A DNA stretch of 64,000 bases from Betaproteobacteria bacterium (GTDB lineage: Bacteria; Pseudomonadota; Gammaproteobacteria; Burkholderiales; JACQAP01): the NCBI GenBank assembly GCA_016194905.1, contig JACQAP010000009.1, positions 77,569 through 141,568 of the forward strand. Direction: 5' to 3'. Within the stretch, counting starts at the first letter, position 1; the number at the start of each line of letters is the position of its first letter. Shown here piece by piece: positions 43,734 through 50,992 of this stretch. The notes below the pieces were generated by a model that had not been told where the DNA came from, searched no databases, and saw only the letters and a program-made list of their open reading frames with translations. The translations under genes were made by a program, and so were the position numbers.

Positions 43734-44120
43734 ATGAACCCCAACAGTGGCCCCGGTCACAGCAAGCATCCCGAGCATCGCGTCGTGACCAAGCCGGCGG
43801 GCGGGCGCGTGCGGGTGATTTTCAATGGCGAGGTCATTGCCGATACGCGGAATGCAATCAAGCTCGAAGAAAGCGGCTATCCGCCCGTCTACTATGTCCC
43901 GCGCCAGGACGTAAAAATGGACTGCCTGACGCGGACCGAGCACCGGACCTATTGCCCGTTCAAGGGCCACGCTTCGTATTACACGTTGTCTTCGGGCGAA
44001 CGGACAGAGCAGAACGCGGTCTGGAGCTACGAACAGCCGTACGACGAAGTCAGTGTGATCAGGGAACGGCTCGCGTTCTATCCTAACAAGGTCGATCGCA
44101 TCGAATCGCTCCCGGCCTGA
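43734..44120 (+). CDS. DUF427-domain protein
   Basis: 128 aa from MNPNSG. V.F.G..IADT..A..L.E.GYPPVYY.P..DV......T...T.CP.KG.A.YY is characteristic of DUF427. Confidence 0.75.
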   Translation: MNPNSGPGHSKHPEHRVVTKPAGGRVRVIFNGEVIADTRNAIKLEESGYPPVYYVPRQDVKMDCLTRTEHRTYCPFKGHASYYTLSSGERTEQNAVWSYEQPYDEVSVIRERLAFYPNKVDRIESLPA

Positions 44121-44206
44121 GCAGTGCCCTCCCGCAAGCACGCTTGGCAACAGAATCCTCGTCGTTGCCGAAATCTCCTGGCTGGAATGACGCTAAACTC
44201 GCACCG

Positions 44207-45133
44207 ATGCCACCGATCATCGCCATTTCCAACCTGACCAAGACCTACGCTTCGGGCCTGCAGGCGCTGAAGCGCATCGACCTCGGAATCCGCAAGGGCG
44301 AGATCTTCGCCCTGCTTGGTCCCAACGGTGCGGGCAAGACCACGCTGATTAGCATCGTCTGCGGCATCGTCACGCCGACCACGGGCACCGTGCTGGTGGA
44401 CGGCCACGACATCGTTCGCGACTACCGCGAGTGCCGCTCGAAGATCGGTCTCGTACCCCAGGAGTTGCATACCGACATGTTCGAGACGGTGTGGAACACC
44501 GTGAACTTCAGCCGAGGGCTGTTCGGGCGTGCGCCCAATGTGGTGCATCTCGAAAAGGTGTTGCGCGACCTGTCGCTCTGGGAAAGGCGCAACGACAAGA
44601 TCATGACCTTGTCCGGCGGTATGAAGCGCCGCGTGTTGATCGCCAAGGCGCTGGCTCACGAGCCGGAAATCCTGTTCCTGGATGAGCCGACGGCGGGCGT
44701 GGACGTGGAGTTGCGGCGCGACATGTGGGGGCTGGTGCAGCGGCTGCGCGCCGGCGGCGTGACCATCATCCTGACCACGCACTACATCGACGAGGCCGAG
44801 GAAATGGCCGACCGCATCGGCGTGATCAACAAGGGGGAACTGATCCTGGTCGAAGAAAAGACCGAACTCATGAAGAAGCTCGGCAAGAAGCAGATGACGC
44901 TGCATCTGCAGGAGCCCATGGCGGCGATCCCCGCGGGCCTGAGCGACTGGCGCCTCATCCTGAAAGACAGCGGCAACGAACTGGAATACAACTTCGACGC
45001 GCGCGAGGAGGGGACGGGCATCCCGATGCTGCTGCGCCGGCTGAGCGAGCTCGGCATCGGGTTCAAGGATCTGCAGACCCGGCAAAGCTCGCTCGAGGAT
45101 ATCTTTGTCAGCCTGGTACACGAATCCGCATGA
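44207..45133 (+). CDS. ABC transporter ATP-binding protein (ABC-2 exporter type)
   Basis: Walker [10 protein letters not shown], signature LSGGMKRR, Walker B ILFLDEPT. Confidence 0.9.
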   Translation: MPPIIAISNLTKTYASGLQALKRIDLGIRKGEIFALLGPNGAGKTTLISIVCGIVTPTTGTVLVDGHDIVRDYRECRSKIGLVPQELHTDMFETVWNTVNFSRGLFGRAPNVVHLEKVLRDLSLWERRNDKIMTLSGGMKRRVLIAKALAHEPEILFLDEPTAGVDVELRRDMWGLVQRLRAGGVTIILTTHYIDEAEEMADRIGVINKGELILVEEKTELMKKLGKKQMTLHLQEPMAAIPAGLSDWRLILKDSGNELEYNFDAREEGTGIPMLLRRLSELGIGFKDLQTRQSSLEDIFVSLVHESA

Positions 45134-45918
45134 GTGCGTCCGCAAAGGTTCCGGCGTTCAACCGCCATGGCGTGCTGGCGATCTACCGCTTCGAGCTGGC
45201 GCGCTTCAAGCGCACCTTTTGGCAGAGCCTGGTGACGCCGGTGATCACCACCTCGCTCTACTTCGTGGTGTTCGGTGCAGCGATCGGCGCGCGCATGAGC
45301 GAAGTGGGCGGCGTGCCCTACGGCGCCTTCATCGTGCCGGGGCTCGTCATGCTGTCGCTCTTTACCGAGAGCCTCAACAACGCCTCGTTCGGCATCTATC
45401 TGCCGAGGTTCACCGGCACCATCTACGAAGTCCTGTCCGCACCGGTGTCGGCGCTCGAGATCGTGCTCGCCTACGTCGGGGCGGCGGCGACCAAGTCGGT
45501 CATCCTCGGCCTGGTGATTCTGGCGACGGCGACGCTGTTCGTGCCGATCCACATCCTGCATCCGGTGTGGATGATCGCCTTCCTGGTGCTGACCGCGGCG
45601 ACCTTTTGCCTGTTCGGCTTCATCATCGGCATCTGGGCGAAGGGCTTCGAGCAGTTGCAGTTCATCCCGATGCTGGTCATCACGCCGCTGACTTTCCTGG
45701 GTGGCGCCTTCTATTCGATCGACATGCTGCCGCCGGCGTGGCGCACGGTGAGCCTGTTCAATCCGATCGTCTACCTGATCAGCGGTTTTCGCTGGAGCTT
45801 CTACGAAAATTCGGACGTCGGCGTGGGATTGAGCCTCGCGATGACGCTTGCGTTCTTCATGGCCTGCCTCGCCGGCGTGGTATGGGTTTTCCGGACGGGG
45901 TACCGGCTGAAGAGCTGA
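45130..45918 (+). CDS. ABC-2 type transporter permease
   Basis: 262 aa. ATGA overlap with the ATPase gene. About 6 TM segments and a YadH-like pattern ([20 protein letters not shown]). Confidence 0.85.
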   Translation: MSASAKVPAFNRHGVLAIYRFELARFKRTFWQSLVTPVITTSLYFVVFGAAIGARMSEVGGVPYGAFIVPGLVMLSLFTESLNNASFGIYLPRFTGTIYEVLSAPVSALEIVLAYVGAAATKSVILGLVILATATLFVPIHILHPVWMIAFLVLTAATFCLFGFIIGIWAKGFEQLQFIPMLVITPLTFLGGAFYSIDMLPPAWRTVSLFNPIVYLISGFRWSFYENSDVGVGLSLAMTLAFFMACLAGVVWVFRTGYRLKS

Positions 45919-46016
45919 GGAGCTCCAAGAATCCTTTGCGGAATGACGATGGATCGGATGAGGACTTTCGGGGTCTACATTTCCGATTCCCTCCACTCAA
46001 CGAAGGGCAGGTGCAA

Positions 46017-46706
46017 ATGAACAATGACAGTCTGAAGGTCCGGGCGTGCGTATTCGATGCCTATGGAACCCTTTTCGATTTTGCATCGGCGGCGGCAGGC
46101 TGCCGCGATGCGCTCGGCGACAAGGCCGCCACGCTCACTGCGCTCTGGCGCGACAAACAGCTCCAGTACACCTGGTTGCGCGGTTTACAGGGCCGCCATG
46201 CGGATTTCTGGCAGGTCACGTCGGACGCGCTCGATTTCACCATGGAGTCCCTCGGCATCGCTGATGCCAGCCTGCGCAGCAGGCTCCTGGATCTCTACCG
46301 TACGCTGAAATGTTTTCCTGAAGTTCCGCAAGTGCTGGAGGATTTGAAGCAGGCGGGATTCGTCACGGCGATCCTGTCGAATGGCACGCCGGGCATGCTG
46401 GCGGACGCCGTCGAGGGCGCGGGTCTGGGCAGCCTCTTCGATCACGTCCTGTCCGTGGAACAAGTGGGCGTTTTCAAACCTCATCCCGATGTTTACCGGC
46501 TGGCCGTCGATACCCTCGGCGTTGGCGCCGCGGAAATCGCCTTCCAGTCATCGAACGCGTGGGATGCCCACGCGGCCTCGGCGTTCGGCATGCGCGTGGT
46601 CTGGTGCAACCGGTATGCCCAGCGGCGCGAGCGCCTTCCCGGCTCACCCGACCGCGAAATCCGCACTCTCGCCGAGCTGCCGGCCCTGCTGCTCAAAGCG
46701 GGATAA
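46017..46706 (+). CDS. Haloacid dehalogenase type II (HAD superfamily)
   Basis: 229 aa. Nucleophile motif FDAYGTLFD, WR.KQL.YTWL, ILSNG, SSNAWD. This is the L-2-haloacid dehalogenase pattern. Confidence 0.85.
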   Translation: MNNDSLKVRACVFDAYGTLFDFASAAAGCRDALGDKAATLTALWRDKQLQYTWLRGLQGRHADFWQVTSDALDFTMESLGIADASLRSRLLDLYRTLKCFPEVPQVLEDLKQAGFVTAILSNGTPGMLADAVEGAGLGSLFDHVLSVEQVGVFKPHPDVYRLAVDTLGVGAAEIAFQSSNAWDAHAASAFGMRVVWCNRYAQRRERLPGSPDREIRTLAELPALLLKAG

Positions 46707-46833
46707 GCGCGTTCCCAATAAAGCTCGAATTGCACAAAAATCTGCGGCGGACATACATTGCCCTTGGTGCGATCATCGATCTCCCGCTTCGCCGTCAGAA
46801 CGTTCTCTCATACCAGGTTGAACTTCGTCTTCC

Positions 46834-47892
46834 ATGCCAAACAAGAAACTCGACCAGGCAGTGCAATTCGCGATCGACCACGAATCCCCCTGGACGCGCG
46901 AGATTACCGACAAGTGGGGCGTTCATCACGACGACCCGCCGCCCTGGAACAAGCTTCTCGGGCCGGTGCATGCGCGCGGCCCCGTGTCGGGCACCATCAT
47001 CCTCGACGGGAAAACCCTGACTTCGTGGGGCGAACCGGATCGACCCGACCTCACTTTCAGCATCGCGAAAACCTATCTCGCACTGCTGGCCGGCGTCGCC
47101 CACGACCGCGGGCTGTTGCCCGACGTCGATGAACCCGTTCGCGCGCGGGTACCCGGCATCGGATTCGACGACGGCCGTAATGCACTGGTGACCTGGGCGC
47201 AGCTTCTGCAACAGACCAGCGAATGGGAAGGTATGGTCTTCGGGATTTCGGATCAGGCGGACCGCTACCGCAGCATTCCGTATCAGTCGCCCAAGCCCAC
47301 GGGGAAGAAGGGCGATCCGCGTCCGCTGCAGGTGCCGGGCACGTACTGGGAATACAACGACGTGCGCATCAACCAGCTCTCGCTGTCCCTGCTGCACTTG
47401 TTCGGTCGTCCACTGCCCGAAGTCTTTCGCGAATCCATCATGCAACCCATCGGCGCCAGCGATGCCTGGCGCTGGGTCGGGTACGACAACTCGTGGATCG
47501 AGATCAACGGGAAGAAGGTCCAGTCCGTGCCCGGCGGCACGCACTGGGGCGGCGGCATGTCCATCGGCGCCCACGATCAGGCGCGCGTCGGCCAGATGAT
47601 GCTCGAAGGCGGCAAGGCCAACGGCCGTCAGGTGGTTTCCGCGGACTGGATCAAGCGCATGGCCACACCGTGCACCATCGCGCCCTTCTACGGTTACTTG
47701 ACCTGGATCAATCACGGACAGCGCATCTTCCGCAGCGTGCCCGCTTCGAGCCGATTCGCCTTCGGCGCCGGCGGCAACTTCGTGTGGATCGAGCCCGATC
47801 GCCGCATGGTGCTGGTGGTGCGCTGGATCGATGCAGACCATGCCGACGAATTCTTCGGGCGGGTGTTGAAAGCAATCGCTACTCTAGAATAA
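46834..47892 (+). CDS. Serine hydrolase (beta-lactamase/transpeptidase-like fold)
   Basis: 352 aa with an S-x-x-K candidate (FSIAKTY). The overall pattern matches beta-lactamase-related serine hydrolases. Confidence 0.7.
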   Translation: MPNKKLDQAVQFAIDHESPWTREITDKWGVHHDDPPPWNKLLGPVHARGPVSGTIILDGKTLTSWGEPDRPDLTFSIAKTYLALLAGVAHDRGLLPDVDEPVRARVPGIGFDDGRNALVTWAQLLQQTSEWEGMVFGISDQADRYRSIPYQSPKPTGKKGDPRPLQVPGTYWEYNDVRINQLSLSLLHLFGRPLPEVFRESIMQPIGASDAWRWVGYDNSWIEINGKKVQSVPGGTHWGGGMSIGAHDQARVGQMMLEGGKANGRQVVSADWIKRMATPCTIAPFYGYLTWINHGQRIFRSVPASSRFAFGAGGNFVWIEPDRRMVLVVRWIDADHADEFFGRVLKAIATLE

Positions 47893-48083
47893 CAGCACAA
47901 CCGGAGATCGGCCGACCACGGGACCAGCCGGCTTGTCACGCGTGAGCGAACAGGCCTGCTCCAAGGTCTCATGCTTCAACCAGTGTTCCTGCTCTCCGGC
48001 TTTTCCCCCGAAGCATCCTGCTCAAGTCCGGGCTCGAACGGGTCGATATCCAGACTGGGGTGGAATCGACTTCGGAAACGGGA

Positions 48084-49724
48084 ATGGCACAGTTCGGCGA
48101 CTACGAGTTGGTGGAAAAAATCGGGGAAGGCGGCATGGCCATGGTGTACAAGGGCGTGCAGGGCTCGCTCGGCCGCCCGGTGGCGATCAAGGTCCTCTCC
48201 CGGACGCTGACCGACGACCCGGAAGTCGTCGAGAGCTTCAACCGGGAGTCGCTCATCATCGCCCGGCTCAACCATCCGAACATCATCCACGTGATCGATC
48301 GCGGCATCGCCGACGCCGTGCCGTATTTCGTGATGGAGTTCGTCGAAGGCACGCACCTGGGCAGAGTCATCGCGGAGGGACGATACGACTTCCACCAGAA
48401 GGTGGACGTCATCATCCAGATGTGCAAGGCCTTGGCCTACGCCCACAAGAACGGCGTGATCCATCTCGACATCAAACCGGCCAACATCCTGATCGACACC
48501 GAGGGCAATGTCATGGTCGCCGACTTCGGCATCGCCCACCTGTTCGGCGGCGGCGGAGAGGAGGCGCAGAGCACGCCGGTGATGGGCACGCCGAGCTACA
48601 TGTCGCCCGAGCAAAAGCTGGGCACCGCCAGCGTGACGAGGGCCAGCGACATCTACTCGCTGGGCGTCGTGATGTACGAACTCTTCACCGGGAAAAAGCC
48701 GGTTGTCGGCGTGCTACCTTCAGCGATCGACGCACAGATTCCCCGGCGCCTCGACGAAATCATCGTCCATTGCCTGCGAACGAATCCCGCCGATCGATTC
48801 GCCGGCGCCGATGCGGTCAAGGACGCGCTACTCGCGCTCCTGCAGGGCTCGCACATCCGGCAGGAGCAGAAAGAGCATGCCGTCGAGGGTTTCAAGAACC
48901 TAGCCGACAAGTTCGGCCTGCTCGATGTCATCCAGGAGAGCCGCTTCGGTGCCGACTACCTGTTCGAGAACCGGGCCACCCGCCAACTCCTCGTGATCAA
49001 GAAGATCTTCAACGCAAAGTCCGGCGTGTCGGAGGCCAGATTGCTGGCCAACCTCAAGCATCCCCACGTGGCGGACGTGTATGGCACCTCGACCAACGGA
49101 CGGGTATCGATCATCGTCATGGAGTACCTGGCCGGCGGTTGCCTCAAGGATCGCCTCGCGAACGTACCGCCCTGGCAGGAAAGCCTGCTGACGGTGCGCG
49201 AAATCTGCGATGGCCTGTCGTTCCTGCACAAGAACCGGATGATCCACGGCAATCTCCGGCCCGCCAATATCCTCATGTCCGAGGACGGCCATGCGAAACT
49301 CTCGGGCATCGGGCTGGAAGAACATTACCTCGATGATGAAAGCCAGGCGAACTGGTACAGCCTGCCCGATGAACCGAAATCCGTTGGCTCAGACATCTTT
49401 TCCGCTGGAATGATCTTCTCCGAAATGCTCACCGGCTCGATCCCGATCGAGAAGAAGGGTCACCTCATCCAGAACGACTCGTTCCGGTCCCTCCCAATGG
49501 AACTTCGTCGGATGATCGCGAAGATGCTTGCGCCGGATCTGGCCGACCGGTACGGGAATTCCGACGAAATCCTCGCGGTGATCGACGACTTGCTTGTACA
49601 CGCGAACAAATACGGATCGGATTCTTCAGGCAGTCACGAACCGCAAAGGTCGATGGCATCCCGCCTTGGCCTCTCCCGCCTGTCTGGCGCTGTCGGTGCC
49701 TTGGTGAAGAACGCGTTCAGCTAG
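48084..49724 (+). CDS. Tandem Ser/Thr kinase - pseudokinase protein
   Basis: Domain 1: GEGGMAMVY, VAIK, HLDIKPAN (non-RD), DFG, SPE. Domain 2: degenerate G-loop (ESRFGADY), VIKK, HGNLRPAN (Asp to Asn), SGIG in place of DFG. Start is ATG at 48084 or GTG at 48060. Confidence 0.85.
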   Translation: MAQFGDYELVEKIGEGGMAMVYKGVQGSLGRPVAIKVLSRTLTDDPEVVESFNRESLIIARLNHPNIIHVIDRGIADAVPYFVMEFVEGTHLGRVIAEGRYDFHQKVDVIIQMCKALAYAHKNGVIHLDIKPANILIDTEGNVMVADFGIAHLFGGGGEEAQSTPVMGTPSYMSPEQKLGTASVTRASDIYSLGVVMYELFTGKKPVVGVLPSAIDAQIPRRLDEIIVHCLRTNPADRFAGADAVKDALLALLQGSHIRQEQKEHAVEGFKNLADKFGLLDVIQESRFGADYLFENRATRQLLVIKKIFNAKSGVSEARLLANLKHPHVADVYGTSTNGRVSIIVMEYLAGGCLKDRLANVPPWQESLLTVREICDGLSFLHKNRMIHGNLRPANILMSEDGHAKLSGIGLEEHYLDDESQANWYSLPDEPKSVGSDIFSAGMIFSEMLTGSIPIEKKGHLIQNDSFRSLPMELRRMIAKMLAPDLADRYGNSDEILAVIDDLLVHANKYGSDSSGSHEPQRSMASRLGLSRLSGAVGALVKNAFS

Positions 49725-49745
49725 CGCTCGCAAGCGGCGACCGAC

Positions 49746-49883
49746 TTTGCTATTGGGGCGGGGGATTCGTTTACGTGGATCGAGCCCGAGCGCCGCATGG
49801 TGCTGGTGGTGCGCTGGATCGACGCGGACTAAGCTGACGAATTTTTCGGGCAGGTGTCGAAGGCGATCGACGATCAGACATAG
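49746..49883 (+). pseudogene. 3' fragment of a serine-hydrolase paralog with an in-frame stop
   Basis: Translates FAIGAGDSFTWIEPERRMVLVVRWIDAD*ADEFFGQVSKAIDDQT*. The intact gene end is FAFGAGGNFVWIEPDRRMVLVVRWIDADHADEFFGRVLKAIATLE*. 49776-49829 versus 47785-47838 differ at 3 of 54 nt. Confidence 0.85.
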
Positions 49884-49939
49884 CGCAATTGCCGGCGAAT
49901 GGCACATCGCATTTCCGGGCGAGCATCCAATCAGGTCGA

Positions 49940-50254
49940 TTAAATCTGGGTCACCGCAAGCATGGAGGCCACCTTGGCGGCAATGGGTTCGGCGAACGCG
50001 CAGAACTTTCGCGCTTCGGTGTCCAGGTGCACGACCTTCAGTGTGGTTCTTGCGACAACCTCGTTTTGTTCATCGTTCGTCATCTCGTGAACGAACCGCA
50101 TGCTCTTTTCCTTGACCTCGATCAGCGTGGTTCGCACGGTCACGACATCTCCGGCGTGTAGTTCCTGAATGTAGGAAATATGCTGATCCACGGCCGCCAT
50201 GCCACGCATGGCCGTCCGCAGGTGCGCGAGCGATAAGGATCGGATGTCGATGGC
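49940..50254 (-). pseudogene. 5'-truncated hotdog-fold thioesterase (C-terminal two thirds only)
   Basis: The open frame (AIDIRSLSLAHLRTAMRGMAAVDQHISYIQELHAGDVVTV...VVHLDTEARKF) resembles the central and C-terminal part of 4HBT/YbgC-type thioesterases. The frame is closed at 50255-50257 by the stop codon of the upstream gene. Confidence 0.6.
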
Positions 50255-50629
50255 TTACTTGCAGGCGACCTTCCGGAAAATCTCGCTCATGGTACCGGCG
50301 TCCACCGCTTCCCATTCATGCGGCGAAGCGTCCTCGTAAATCACCTTGCCCTCGCCCATCTTTTCGGCGTGAAGCGAAAGGCTGAGTCCCCGAGATCGCG
50401 GTTCGGCGCAATCGTATTCGACCTGGGCCTTTTGCGAGAAATAGCCGACCTCGACCATGCGCTGAAAAGCCTTGTAGTCGAGCAGCGACCACATCGTCGC
50501 GGTATTGCCTTTCCTGACAATCGTCGCCGGGTCGGCATAGGAAGTGGCGGTATCGTCCTCTCCTACGCTCTTCCATCCCGCCCAGGCATCGCTGCTTAGC
50601 AACAACAGAACAATCGCGAGCTTTTTCAT
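50255..50629 (-). CDS. Secreted protein resembling the surface-adhesin protein E family
   Basis: ATG at 50629 is preceded by AGGGGG. Signal peptide KKLAIVLLLLSSDAWA. W...........YADP.TI...G.....W.L.DY......V....S.K....YDC...R...L......MG.G.V........W........EIFRKVAC. Confidence 0.6.
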   Translation of the reverse strand: MKKLAIVLLLLSSDAWAGWKSVGEDDTATSYADPATIVRKGNTATMWSLLDYKAFQRMVEVGYFSQKAQVEYDCAEPRSRGLSLSLHAEKMGEGKVIYEDASPHEWEAVDAGTMSEIFRKVACK

Positions 50630-50687
50630 TGCACCCCCTTTTTGTACCAAGTTTACCGGACGCGAGAGGCGCAGGGTTGAAGCCGTA

Positions 50688-50727
50688 GTGGTACGGATTT
50701 TCAGGACGGGCTATCGGCTGAAGAACT
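50688..50727 (+). pseudogene. Short remnant homologous to the 3' end of the ABC-2 permease gene
   Basis: gtggtacggattttcaggacgggctatcggctgaagaact versus 45877-45916 matches at 34 of 40 nt. It encodes [13 protein letters not shown] versus [13 protein letters not shown]. Confidence 0.5.
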
Positions 50728-50992
50728 TTGAGGCAGCAGCGAGGCAAGCTCGGCAACTTTTTCATTTACGCACACTGCTGACTTGACCCGCGGACTCCAA
50801 GAGGCGAGAGCGCCGATCGCTCTAAAGAGCGATTCCAGATCCTCCAATAGACAGGTTTTGATGCCCAGAGGGGGCGTCCGGGCATTCTGATACGCTTGGC
50901 CCACGGCACGCGGTTCGCCCGCTGCCGACGGTATAAAAACCGGGCTGGCGGCGCGGGCAGACCCGGAAACACTTCAATAGAGGAGCGGGACC

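Noticed and set aside
45105-46016. N-terminal 300 aa of track ORF 45105..46706.
   Set aside because: This part is an off-frame read through the permease gene. Only the portion from the ATG at 46017 (haloacid dehalogenase) is credible.
47933-49336. 467-aa plus-strand ORF, plus 46795..47841, 47976..48614 and 51545..52771 minus-strand ORFs.
   Set aside because: They are off-frame or antisense to the kinase, serine hydrolase and haem-protein genes. No motifs.
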